From Eledone cirrhosa (taxonomy: Eukaryota), in the NCBI GenBank assembly GCA_964016885.1, contig OZ024743.1, positions 255,626,001-255,690,000 of the forward strand: a DNA stretch of 64,000 bases. Direction: 5' to 3'. Position numbers and translations under genes: made by a program. The number at the start of each line of letters is the position of its first letter. Within the stretch, counting starts at the first letter, position 1. The notes under the pieces are model-generated. The model saw only the letters and a program-made list of their open reading frames with translations, had not been told where the DNA came from and did no database searches. This document shows, one piece after another, positions 12,301-24,544 of the stretch.

Positions 12301-12700
12301 CCGGCCCCTCTTCCGTTTGTTAGTGGTGCCGCAAGTGCTGCAGGTGTCGATTTGGAGGGGTGGGAGATGGAGCGTGCGGCCGGGGACTGGGGCACTGAGC
12401 GGCATCAGGGGTGGGTGGCTGGTGTGTGTGGGTGGAAGGGAAAGTGATGGTAAGAAAGCATAGCTCACCTATATATATATGGAGGTGCCAGAAAACGAGA
12501 GCGAAAAGGGGCTGCATGGAGGGGGAGACACAGCAGGAAGGTAGAATGGCAGTAAATGAATGAGTGTATGGATGGATGTACACAAAAAGGGGGGGGGGCA
12601 GAGTTCAGCATGCACACATGCGAGCAACTGAGCAGTTTGTCATAGACGAAATTCTCAATGGACGCGCTTACAATATTTGAATATAACTGAACCGTCATGT
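9372..12700 (-). mobile_element. CRE-clade (RLE-type) non-LTR retrotransposon, near full length, disrupted
   Basis: GC-rich island in AT-rich DNA; RT motifs LDMRNAFN, GVQQGDPLGPLLF, WYLDD; C-terminal C/H zinc motif (HPLSC..HTALN) and RPDG..WDATC restriction-like endonuclease; 5' boundary approximate. Confidence 0.85.
9428..12468 (-). pseudogene. CRE-type polyprotein (PHD finger-RT-RLE), split by frameshifts/stops
   Basis: Consecutive ORFs 11605-12468, 11478-11753, 10858-11469, 10021-10845, 9428-9937 form one colinear protein. Confidence 0.85.
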
Positions 12701-12926
12701 CATTTAATTTGAAAAGTGGAGCAAAGCAAAAGGAAAATAGTGAATTTGGAGTGTCAATCCCTTGTGATTTTTTTTTTTTTTTTTTATTCAATGTTTTCCA
12801 GGATTTATACTCATTTTTTTTTTTTTTTTTTTCCTTCAAAAGGATGGAGGCGTTTTATCTCCTCATGAAACTGACATTACTTAATGATGTTCGTCATCTA
12901 TGGCTTATTCATATGTATTATTTCAT

Positions 12927-13238
12927 CTGAGTTCAAATCCCGCCGAGGTTGACTTTGCCTTTCATCCTTACGGGGTCGATAAAATAAAGTACCAGTAATG
13001 CACTGGTAATTGCTGGCCTTGTGCCTAAAGTAGAAACAATTATTTCATGTGAATTGGCAGTATCGGTAGAGAGTCGGACGCCATGCTTTCCAGCATAGTT
13101 ATGTCTCTTTATGGTCTGTGTTCAAATCCTGCCGAGGTTAACTTTGCCTTTCATCCTTACGGGGTCGATAAAATAAAGTACCAGTAATGTACTGGGTATT
13201 TGCTGGTCTTGTGCCAAATGTAGAAACAATTATTTCAT
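12927..13238 (+). mobile_element. Two tandem tRNA-derived SINEs (Meta/MESC-like core)
   Basis: gttcaaatcccgccgagg..gcctttcatccttacggggtcgataaaataaagtaccag..gtagaaacaattatt twice; attatttcat repeated at 12917, 13039, 13229. Confidence 0.85.
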
Positions 13239-13562
13239 AACTCTATAGAACTATTAGAATGTTTGTGCAGTGTTCTGTTTCCAGCCAGGTTTGTACAACA
13301 GGTAAGAAAAATGATGATTCGGTGACGGTTTCTTCTGATAGGAGCCTATTCCACGTCGGAAGATCGAAGTGTGTTTTCTTGTCTTCTTCAATACTTTCAT
13401 AAACGGCTTTGGAGATTTAAAACTTATGTTTCAATTGGTGCTTCCATTTCCACACGGTTCTATTGTCTTATTTACAAAAATATATATTTCTATATATTTC
13501 TTTATTTATTTCTCTTCTTTTAGTATAATATAGCGAGTTGTCACCAGTGATGTTTGAAGTTC

Positions 13563-13703
13563 GTTTTCGGGGGAAGCGCCTTCTCCATTCTGTCCGCCGG
13601 GGCTGTGAGTGGGCCCCATCGCGTACCAATACATTAGTTAAATACCACACACACATATATATACATTTATAATAAGAACAGATTAAAGTTTAACTTCTAT
13701 TAA
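13563..13703 (+). mobile_element. Very short 5'-truncated copy of the CRE element (last codons + 3' UTR)
   Basis: Matches reverse complement of ~9372-9500 (gccttctccattctg..ggccccat..taccaatacattagttaaataccacac..attaaagtttaa). Confidence 0.85.
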
Positions 13704-13845
13704 AGAAACACATTTTTATTTACAACAATAATTACTATAGAATCAAAAACATAATTTGAACACTGAACACTGAATATTGAACATTATTTTTGCATAAGAG
13801 AGTATTTAGTGGCAGTTGGGTAGGTTTTACGGTTTTCGGTATAAA

Positions 13846-13946
13846 GTGTCTTGCTCAAGGATATAAAGCATCGCCCGGTCCAGGAATCGAACTCACAACC
13901 TTACGATTGCGAATCCAATTCTCTAACCACTCAGCCACACGCCTTC
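13846..13946 (-). mobile_element. SINE tRNA-like head fragment
   Basis: Reverse complement resembles 8651-8750 (gtggctgagtggttagag..gagttcgattcc..cttgagcaagacac). Confidence 0.65.
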
Positions 13947-13969
13947 ATACACACAGACACACACACACA

Positions 13970-14078
<109 letters not shown>

Positions 14079-14169
14079 CTCTCTATCTATCTAAGGCGGG
14101 TAAAATTCCCGAGATCCATGGACGAGTTCTCTCCAGCGGTCTCTGTCCCTCATTATCGCTGCCATGTCC

Positions 14170-14410
<241 letters not shown>

Positions 14411-14507
14411 GATATGTATATATATTTACTCTCTTTACTAGCCTTGCTTTCATGTCTCCTTCCTCCCTTTTTCTCATTGTATCTGTATATAAACAAGTAC
14501 ATAGATA

Positions 14508-14762
14508 CAAGGAGAAAGGGGGGCAAGGAGAAAGGGGAGCAAGGAGAAAAGGAGAGCAAGGAGAAAAGGAGAGCAAGGGGAAAAGGAAAGCAATGAGAAA
14601 AGGAGAGTGAGGGTAAAAGGAGAACAAGGAGAGCAATGAGAAAAGGAGAGCAAAGAGAAGAAGGAAAAAGGGAGAGCAAGGAGAGAATGGGGAAAGGAGA
14701 GCAAGGAGAGCAAGAAGAGTAAGGAGAACAAGGAGAACAAGGAGGGCAATGAGAAAAGGAGC
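14508..14762. repeat. Purine-rich degenerate minisatellite (ggagagcaa/ggagaaaa)
   Basis: Direct reading. Confidence 0.8.
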
Positions 14763-14974
14763 GGAAGCGAAAGTCGATTGTTTAAAATATATATATATAT
14801 ATATATATATATTACTCAATACCAAGTTCGCATTTCTCTCATCTGTCAACCACATACGGAGGATATATATGTGTTAGAGTGGCCCTTGGCAACAGATAAT
14901 TTTCCGAAAGTTAAAATTTTGCTGCTCCCATAGCGAAAAATAGGTGTTTGTCCTATACCTGTGCCCTGTCCCCA

Positions 14975-15075
14975 GCTTATAACTTGATCAATTAGTTTTA
15001 TTCCTCAAGAGTTGCTCCTCTCCAGGGCATCATCTTTGCCCTAGTAGCAATTTACGATTGTACTGCTGCACATGT
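14975..15075 (-). mobile_element. Decayed RTE fragment
   Basis: Minus strand resembles SSTIVNCY.GK.DALERSN..GIKLIDQV of the intact RTE. Confidence 0.55.
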
Positions 15076-15434
15076 TTCGATACAAAAAGGAATACTATTA
15101 CTAAATTCCATGTATTGTCATTATTACTGGGGGTTTTGTTTTAGTATTTGGGGGGTTAGGGCTTCTTGGGACAGCAGTGGAGAAAGAAAATATTTTTTTG
15201 TAAGATCTGTATTTATATATTTTTTCACTTGTTTATAAAATTATATGTTAACCTCCCACTTTCTGCCATTGCATTCCCACTCTGTAAAAAATGTATTTTA
15301 AAATGTTCGTCACTTTTGTTTTGTCTATTTTACAATACTTATGCCATGCATAGAATGTAGAGAACATGTTTTGTGTGTGTGTGTGTGTATATTCAGAACA
15401 CCAACACACTCACATACCCGCACGCACACACACC

Positions 15435-15567
<133 letters not shown>

Positions 15568-16084
15568 TTATATTAGTTTTCTAAATATTTTTTTCATATT
15601 TATTCAATAATATAGCCAGGAAATATATTAGAAATAAGATAAAATAGAAACCTTCAATAATAAAAAAAGAATACTGTGTTCAGTGGATTTTAAAGCTACA
15701 TTTTATTGTTTTGTTTTTCACTAAGTACGATTGTCAATTTACTAAAACATCTACATCTGTCAATCCTTCTGCCTATACCCTCCGTTGTTTGTTCCCTCGG
15801 TCCTCTTCCTGACTCTGCCGCTCCTATTTTTTAAAAAAACTTTATACATCATGTATAAAAAGAATGGAAAGAAGAGAGCACCGCAGGGAGATGAGGGTGG
15901 GTGGGGGATATTGTGCACGATAAATACTCTTGATTCATTATGAATACTCACTGTTCTGGAAATAGTGCAATCATATTTTATAGGGAGGGAGTATATAATT
16001 ACAAATGCATGCATATGTATGTATACAAAGTTATAAATGTATGTAACATATATATACACACACACACACACATATATATATGTG

Positions 16085-16533
<449 letters not shown>

Positions 16534-17353
16534 TGTACACACATATATATTTGTATATGCATGCATGTTTGTATGCATATCCCTGCACACTCACACATAC
16601 ATACTTAATCACACTCACATTAATAAATGTTTATGGTAGCTAAAGCAATCAAAAATGGCAAACAAAAATGTCACACAAGAAGCCATATTATGAAGGAAGG
16701 AATATTTTCAGATGAATAAAACTTCTATAATAACAAATAAATAATAAGAATAAATCAACAATACTGAACAAAGAAAAAAAAAATGGTAATAATAAAAGAC
16801 AAGTGCATCTAAAATTCAAACTGTAAAAGAAGGAGAAAAGAAGAATAAGAAAATAGTTCTTTTCATTATCAACATTCCAAGTTTTCTATATAACTAAATT
16901 CAGCAAATTTGTATTTTTGTGCCCTAACTGATTACCCTGAATATGGCTCCTTCTGAAGAACTAAAGAAAAGACAGCAACAAGCAGAGGCAGACGAAGGGA
17001 GTGGCAGGTAGAGGCATTAATAATGGGAATGGAAATATGATTCTCTCATAAAACGTAGTTGTTGCTGCTGCTGTTGAAATCAATAACTGATTGACATTTT
17101 AACAAACAATTACAGTTATTGTGCATCTCTGGGACAGCAGAACTAGTGAATTATCAGAATGGGAGGACATCCAGGTGTAAAAAGAAAGACATTTTTTACA
17201 CAACTTGAGAAGATAGAGGAAAGAGAGAAAGGATTTTTCCCATGTTTATGGAGGCATATGAAGAAAGGGGATGAAAGAAAGGAAAGAGAATGCTAGCTGT
17301 CTCTGAAAAAGACTATGGAAAATGAAGGATTTTATGCTTAATAATAATAATAA

Positions 17354-17672
17354 TAATTGTTTCTACTCTTGGAACAAGGCCAGCAATTGCCCAGTGCATT
17401 ACTGGTACTTTATTTTATCGACCCCATAAGGATGAAAGGCAAAGTTAACCTCGGCGTGATTTAATGATGGTTTCTTATATAGACACAAGGCCATCAATTT
17501 TGGGGGAGGAGGAAGTCGATTAAATCGATCCCAGTGTGTGACTGGTACTTTATTTTATCGACCCCATAAGGATGAAAGGCAACATTAACCTCGACGGGAT
17601 TTGAACTCAGATCATAAAGGGCTGTAACTCTATGCTGCAAAGCATGACGTCCGACCCTCTACCAATACTGCC
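17354..17672 (-). mobile_element. Two SINEs (Meta/MESC-like), minus strand
   Basis: tactggtactttattttatcgaccccataaggatgaaaggc twice; abuts (AAT)n. Confidence 0.8.
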
Positions 17673-17675
17673 ATG

Positions 17676-17890
17676 CTTTCTTTATTAACCACAAAGGTTG
17701 ACATAAAGTATAACATTAAGGACAGCACAGGACAATACTGGGCAGTACAAATGGACACTTCTGCGTGTAAAAAAAAATTATATGTATAAAAAGAAACAAG
17801 GAAAAATTCCCCAATAGGAGGGAGAGACTTCCGAGGACCACTCATGGAGAAAGCCCACAAAAAAGCCATGGTTACCCTGACTGCTAGGGA
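17676..17890 (-). mobile_element. Tx1 3' UTR fragment
   Basis: Reverse complement matches 38335-38550. Confidence 0.75.
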
Positions 17891-18096
17891 ATAATAATAA
17901 TGATAATAACAATGTTTACATGCATGTGTGTGCACACATGCATAAGTAGAATTGGGCAGCTATATACTAATGCATACTAGCATACATACAAATGTGCAAG
18001 AATATATTGAATATATAAGAATACATACTGATAGGTACGCAAGAACACACATTAACATACACACACACACACACACACATATATAATTATATATAT

Positions 18097-21000
18097 CGTC
18101 CGCGGATGGCTAACATAACCCTATCTCCCCCCGCCCCCCACCACCCCCACCCTCCAAACGCAACCCAAAACTTCAGAGTTGGTACCATAAATGTAGGCAC
18201 CCTAAAGGGTCGCGCTAACGAGGTTGTAGAAATGCTTGAACGTAAGGAGGTCGATGTTTGTTGCATTCAAGAGACCAGGTGGAGGGGTGGGTCTGCTAGA
18301 TTCATTGAGGGTAAAAAACGATGTTATAAGCTTTTCTGGGTGGGAAACGACGATGGGCTGGGTGGAGTAGGAATCATGGTAGCAGAAAAGTGGGCAGATA
18401 AGATAATAGACGTAAATAGAGTGAACGACAGAATAATTAAAATACGACTTGTCCTCAATAGAACTACGGTGACAGTAATATCTGCGTACGCACCCCAATC
18501 CGGACTGCCCGGCACTATAAAAGACAGATTCTATGAGACACTGATGCTAACTACCTCCCAAATATCTGACAGTGACTATATAATTATTGCAGGCGACCTA
18601 AATGGTCACGTTGGACAACATTGTGACGGCTACGACGAAATCCATGGAGGCTATGGGTTTGGTACTAGAAATGAGGAAGGCTCCAGAATCCTGGAATTCT
18701 GTGATGCAAATAACCTAACTATCTGTAACACTAACTTCAAAAAACGTGACAATCACCTGATCACCTATAGATCCGGGGAACACACAAGCCAGGTAGATTA
18801 TATCCTTACCAGAAGACGTGACAGAGTGTCTGTTATAAACACTAAATCCCTCCCCCATGAAGAATGCACCTCCCAACATAGACTGATAATTAGCGACCTC
18901 ATAGTCAGGACGAGACGTACTCGACAGCAGAAGAGGACTATCCTCAGGAGGAAAATATGGAAGCTAAAGGACCCCACAGCCAGATATAAATTTCAAAGCA
19001 TATTACTTGATGCTTTCGACAGTAAGGAAGAGCATCTAGAGTTGGACAATATAGAGGGACAGTGGGAATTTCTGAAAGCAAACCTGCTGTTGGCGACAGA
19101 CGAAGTCTGTGGCTGGAGCAGGCCTGTAGGCAGGAGGAGAGTAACATGGTGGTGGAACAGTAAGGTGGAGGGGTCAATTAAGGCCAAAAAGCAGACTTGG
19201 AAAGTATGGCGGGATGGGGGAAGTAGAGTAGACTATCAAGTGGCCAGGAGGGAAGCTAGGAGAGAAGTGTACTTAGCAAGAAGGGAAGCTGAGGAAAGAA
19301 AGTTCAAGCATGTTCTACAACGCGATAACCAAAAACGTGAGGTGTTCAGGATTGCTAGGCAATGCGTCAAGGAAAACCGTGATATTGTCGGGGAGAAGTG
19401 TGTACTTAACGATGATGGCATACTTGCCATCACCGACACTGATAAGAAGGTAGCTTGGAAGTGTCACTATGAAAGGCTACTAAATGAGGAGAATAAATGG
19501 GAGAAAGACAGTCTCCCCCATATCGACCCAATAGAGGGACCAGCAGTGTTAGTCGAGGGGAGTATAATAAGTAAGGCAATCAAGGATATGAAGACGGGTA
19601 AGGCGGCTGGGCCTTCGGAAATAGTTGCTGAGATGCTGAAGGCATCTGGCACGGTGGGACACACCATGGTCACCCGCATAGTTAACCAAGTCGTACAGAA
19701 TGGGGTTGTTCCGAAGGACTGGCATAGCAGCATCATCATTAACTGTTATAAGGGTAAAGGAGACGCCCTAGATAGGAGTAACTATAGAGGCATTAAATTA
19801 ATCGACCAGGTCATGAAGGTCACGGAAAAAGTAATAGCGCAACTAATCAGAGAGAGAATTGACCTAGATGAAATGCAGTTCGGGTTTGTGTCAGGCAAAA
19901 GCACCACAGACGCTCTTTTCATAGTACGACAACTACAGGAGAAGTACCTAGCTAAAGGTAAACCCCTCTACTTAGCTTTTGTCGACCTGGAGAAAGCCTT
20001 CGACAGAGTCCCCCGCTCCATTATCTGGTGGGCTCTTAGAAAACTAGGCGTTGATGAATGGCTTGTGAGGGCTATACAAGCCATGTATAAAAAAACAGTC
20101 AGCAAGGTTAGAATTAACAACGAATATAGTGAAGAGTTTAGCGTAAAAGTTGGCGTCCATCAGGGCTCTGTTCTCAGCCCCCTACTATTTATTATTGCCC
20201 TTCAGGCTATAACAGAGGAGTTCAAGACAGGCTGCCCGTGGGAACTCCTATACGCAGACGACCTGACACTCATAGCGGAATCAATGGCCGAGCTAGAGAA
20301 GAAATTCCAAACATGGAAGCACGGCCTAGAGTCAAAAGGACTTAAAATTAACCTGGCTAAGACCAAAGTTCTAGTTTGTAGGAAAGAAAACAAGGCGGCG
20401 GTCCCTTCTGGGAAATGGTCGTGCTCGGTGTGTAGGAAAGGCGTAGGTAGAAACTCCATTTTATGTCCTAAATGCAAAGTATGGGTGCATAAAAGATGTA
20501 GTGGGATCACAGGTAAGCTAACTAAGAACATAGATTTTACATGTGGGCGGTGTTCTGGTGCAATAAGTAGCAGCAAGTGCCCACAAAATACTAGCTCTTT
20601 CAATTGCGCAGAGGGTTCTATAGAAATAGTGGACAGCTTCCGTTACCTGGGCGATAAAATCAGCAGTGGGGGAGGGTGCTCTGAAAGTACTGTAGCTAGA
20701 GTCAGAACTGGTTGGAAAAAGTTCAGAGAGCTTATACCACTATTAGCTGCTAAAGGGTTCTCCCTAAAAATGAAAGGCAGGTTGTACGATGCCTGCATAC
20801 GAACAGCAATGTTGCATGGCAGTGAGACCTGGGCATTGTGTACAGAGGATATACGCAGACTAGAGAGGAATGAAGCTTGCATGCTCTGCTGGATGTGTAA
20901 CAGTAATATACGTGAACGGCAAAGCATAAACGAACTAAGGAAAAAATTAGAGATAAGAGGGATCAGATGTTGTTTACTCGAGAGAAGGCTACGTTGGTAT

Positions 21001-21578
21001 GGACACGTGATGCGCATGAAAGTCGATAGCTGTATAACAAAGTGCAGGGCAATAAAGATAGACGGTAGCCACGGAATAGGCAGACCTAGAAAAACCTGGG
21101 ACGAGCTGATAAACTCCGACCTCACACACTTACACCTCTCCAAGACGATGTCACTGGACCGAGACCTTTGGCGGTACTCAGTAACAGAGAAAACCCGCCT
21201 TGCCAGTAGGCATCTCTAACAAAATACACCCCGTCCCGCCACCACCCCCACCCCATCCACACCACCCCGTTCTATGTAAAGTTATGTTGGTGCCGCGCCA
21301 TCCAGGCCGAAACAAATGACATCGTGTAGGTGTCACGACAAAAAAACACACAGTCCACGCTGCAATGTGGCCGTGTAGGCAACACGGTATAAACCTCCCA
21401 GACCCACACTGTAAATGTGGTTGGTGTTAGGAAGGGCATCCAACTGTAAAAAACCTGCCAGACAGTCCTATGCGAGCAAGACAATCACTCTTGCCTCAAG
21501 TGGGACTACCCCCGTCCAAACCCATGCAAGCGCGGAACACGGACGTTAAACGTTGATGATGATGATGATGATGATGAT
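18097..21578 (+). mobile_element. Intact RTE-clade LINE (BovB/Expander-like) with (GAT)n tail
   Basis: Single long ORF plus ~360-bp 3' UTR and (GAT)n tail; several related decayed copies in the window. Confidence 0.95.
18106..21219 (+). CDS. RTE ORF: AP endonuclease + reverse transcriptase + PHD-type zinc finger (1037 aa)
   Basis: APE motifs TINVGTL, IQETRW, SAYAP, GDLNGH, VDYIL, SQHR; RT motifs FVDLEKAFD, GVHQGSVLSP, LYADD; no stops or frameshifts. Confidence 0.95.
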   Translation: MANITLSPPAPHHPHPPNATQNFRVGTINVGTLKGRANEVVEMLERKEVDVCCIQETRWRGGSARFIEGKKRCYKLFWVGNDDGLGGVGIMVAEKWADKIIDVNRVNDRIIKIRLVLNRTTVTVISAYAPQSGLPGTIKDRFYETLMLTTSQISDSDYIIIAGDLNGHVGQHCDGYDEIHGGYGFGTRNEEGSRILEFCDANNLTICNTNFKKRDNHLITYRSGEHTSQVDYILTRRRDRVSVINTKSLPHEECTSQHRLIISDLIVRTRRTRQQKRTILRRKIWKLKDPTARYKFQSILLDAFDSKEEHLELDNIEGQWEFLKANLLLATDEVCGWSRPVGRRRVTWWWNSKVEGSIKAKKQTWKVWRDGGSRVDYQVARREARREVYLARREAEERKFKHVLQRDNQKREVFRIARQCVKENRDIVGEKCVLNDDGILAITDTDKKVAWKCHYERLLNEENKWEKDSLPHIDPIEGPAVLVEGSIISKAIKDMKTGKAAGPSEIVAEMLKASGTVGHTMVTRIVNQVVQNGVVPKDWHSSIIINCYKGKGDALDRSNYRGIKLIDQVMKVTEKVIAQLIRERIDLDEMQFGFVSGKSTTDALFIVRQLQEKYLAKGKPLYLAFVDLEKAFDRVPRSIIWWALRKLGVDEWLVRAIQAMYKKTVSKVRINNEYSEEFSVKVGVHQGSVLSPLLFIIALQAITEEFKTGCPWELLYADDLTLIAESMAELEKKFQTWKHGLESKGLKINLAKTKVLVCRKENKAAVPSGKWSCSVCRKGVGRNSILCPKCKVWVHKRCSGITGKLTKNIDFTCGRCSGAISSSKCPQNTSSFNCAEGSIEIVDSFRYLGDKISSGGGCSESTVARVRTGWKKFRELIPLLAAKGFSLKMKGRLYDACIRTAMLHGSETWALCTEDIRRLERNEACMLCWMCNSNIRERQSINELRKKLEIRGIRCCLLERRLRWYGHVMRMKVDSCITKCRAIKIDGSHGIGRPRKTWDELINSDLTHLHLSKTMSLDRDLWRYSVTEKTRLASRHL

Positions 21579-23139
21579 ATGTGTGTGCGTATTAGTGGAC
21601 CAGTCCTGTCAATAATGATGGCAATAGCTTTGAATGTATATAACTTTTGAAGTCCAGTATTGGTATGCCATATATTCCAGGACTATTGAACCAGTGCTGT
21701 CAATAATGACAATAATTGTGTTTAGATTTTTGGAGTCTGGGATTGGCATGTATTACATACCTGGATTACTGAATATATGTATACCCATATAAACTAGGAA
21801 AGTTACATTTTGATAAATGTTTGGTTTGCATAAGGGAAACCCTCTAGTTTTTGCTGATTACTGCCATGTTGAATTGATTAAAGATGAAAATGATATTTTT
21901 AATCATTTATTTCTTGGATATAATTACATAACTGTTCAGTATGTATGTATAAATGACATACAGCATGAAATGTATAAGTAACTCTAGAGAAATAACTATT
22001 TAATGGGACAAATGTCGAGTTAGAACCTTCTCAGACAGGCTGTTGGTTCCCAACTTGCTTACATACAGTTCTATATTCTAACAAGTGCATTTTCTTGTAG
22101 CACCAGCATCAGGGAAGCTGTCATTTCTCCAACACAACTGGAGGGCTCTCCTAACCTTTTGTTTGGCAGGTTTTCTATGGCTAGATGCCATTCCTGACAC
22201 CAACCACTTTACAGTGTGTTCTGGGTGCTTTTATTAGATCACCAGCAATAGGGAAGTTGCCATGTCCTTGGCACAACTGAAGAATCTTCCTAATCCTTTG
22301 TTTGAAAAACTTTCTACTTCAAAAATGATGACAATGATATATTCACTATGAACATATCTTAAAATATAATAGTTATTCTGGTTTGGAAACTCTCTCAGTG
22401 GTTGAAAACACAATGTATTAACTTGTGTGAATACTTTTACATTGTTTTGATATTTATATTATATATTATATTATTCATTATGTTTTGAATTTATAGAGAC
22501 AATGAGTAGGTGTAGAATGATTTATACTAAATTGATATGTGTAACAAACAACAATAATGAGATGGGAGACAATAACCTTTCAAGATTATCTCAAAATTGA
22601 TGAGATTCTATTCAGAATTTTAAATTTAATCAATAGTGACCAAGGAATCAGTGGTGCTTTAAGATTAAAATATGTAGCTTGAAATGAAATATTACTTGTC
22701 TCTACCATAAATGTATGTGTGTGTATGTTTAAATGTATATATACCCACACACATACATACACACAATTGTGTGTGTCTGTGTTTTTACTTTTACTGTCCA
22801 TTTCTTGTTAAAAGTGTTGAAAGTTTATAAAATCTTTTTTATAAAGTTGTTTCTTAATAAACACTATTTGTGTGAATTTCCCACAATATATGAACTGTAT
22901 TAATATCATCAGTTTTACTATTAACATTAACATTATGATGTTCAGATATTATTGCAGGTTTTATACTTTTATTTGTTCAACATTCTTTTAAGAATAAAAA
23001 CTCATACGAGGTGTGTAAAATTATGTATAAATGTTAAACTTATCTTATGTTCAATCTTCTTATATAATCCATTTTATTATCAACTGCATTTTTACCATTT
23101 TTCAAATCATTGAAATTAAAATGTGTATGTGTCAAGCAT

Positions 23140-23337
23140 TGGTCAATAGTAAAGGTCCATTTCTATTCAATTGACAATGCCCAACTACTCATCACAAAAC
23201 CAACACCCAAGAAGTTGAACGAATTCAGGTACAAAACTTTACCTCATCCAGGACACTCACTGGATCTTTCAGCAATCAACTCCCACTTTGCAAGAACTTC
23301 GACAACTTCTTGCAAGGAAATGTCTTCAATTGATTTC
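23140..23337 (+). mobile_element. Decayed mariner transposase fragment
   Basis: DNA..KKLNEF.YKTLPHPGHSLDLSAINSHF resembles the mariner HDNA..PHPPYSPDLSP.DYH region. Confidence 0.6.
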
Positions 23338-23348
23338 ATTATTACTGG

Positions 23349-23527
23349 TAGTATCGGTAGAGGGTCTGACGCAATGCTTTACAGCAAAGAGTTACGGCCC
23401 TTTATGGTCTGAGTTCAAATCCCGCCAAGGTTAACTTTGCCTTTCATCCATTTGCGGTCGATAAAATAGAGCACCAGTAATACACTGGGATAATTGCTGG
23501 CCTTGTGCCAAAAGTAGAAACAATTAT
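23349..23527 (+). mobile_element. SINE (Meta/MESC-like) with 11-bp TSD
   Basis: Family core; attattactgg at 23338-23348 and 23523-23533. Confidence 0.85.
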
Positions 23528-24141
23528 TACTGGAATATATGTAAATTTTGATATTTCTATATTTCAGTCAATGAAATTTATTTTTGACTGGGATATAGAC
23601 ATTTCCTTGATCAATTGGAACATCCAAAGTATTTCAACTAAAAGGAAAGAAAGGATTGCAGTAACTCTGAGTTACTTTTTTATTGACTCCAAAAGGATGA
23701 AAGACAAAATAAACCTCAGAAGTATTTGAACTCAGAATGCAGAGATATGGAACAAATACCCAATAAGCTAATGACTCTACGAAACCAACCACAACAATCA
23801 GTGCACCACCTCACAAATATAGTGTAGTAGTCGTAGTGTTTTCATAATTAAATATCGTGTTACCTTGGGGCAATATAAATTGGATTCATCCCAGCCATCT
23901 ATCAGTTCACTCGATGAAATCAGGAATATTTTTTTCAAATCAGCCTGGGTTGCTTATATATAATGTAGAGATAATTGTTTCTACTTTTTGGCACAAGGCC
24001 AGCAATTACCCACTACATTACTGGTACTTTATTTTATCGACTCCGTAAGGATGAAAGATATAGTGTAGAGATAATGATATACAAACAAAACAATAGGGGT
24101 TATCAACAAAATTAATAAATTAATATTATAAGTAGTTACCC

Positions 24142-24240
<99 letters not shown>

Positions 24241-24420
24241 TATATATTCACTGATCCCCACCTGTTTATGGTGAGGCAAATAAAGTGTTAGAAATCAATG
24301 TGGCCTTGAAGAGATATTTTCAGTAAGATTAGGTGAATGCTATAGTTTAAATAGCAGGCACGCATTGCATAAGGTTCCTTTGAAGATACAGCTCAAGCTA
24401 CAGAGTCTTTTTTATATAGG

Positions 24421-24544
24421 TGTGTGTTTTTAACAATAGAAATAAAACAAAAGTCAAATATAGGCTCTTAATTAGTAAAACAATGAACTAATTAAGAACC
24501 TACCTTTGACTTTTGTTTTATTTTTATTGTTCGACAAACACACA
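24421..24544. repeat. Imperfect palindrome (~45-bp core arms, 10-nt loop)
   Basis: aacaatagaaataaaacaaaagtcaaa..taggctcttaattagt / actaattaagaaccta..tttgacttttgttttatttttattgtt. Confidence 0.85.

Noticed and set aside
9441-12463. Long plus-strand ORFs (262, 185, 152 aa)
   Set aside because: Antisense shadows of the GC-rich CRE coding sequence
12625-12660. ctgagca...gacgaaa hammerhead-like string near the CRE 5' end
   Set aside because: Core deviates (CUGAGCA), no stem I, and it is antisense to the element
16943-17007. Plus-strand ATG exon MAPSEELKKRQQQAEADEGSG
   Set aside because: Weak donor (GTAGAG) and overlaps an equally plausible minus-strand micro-exon; undecidable without RNA data
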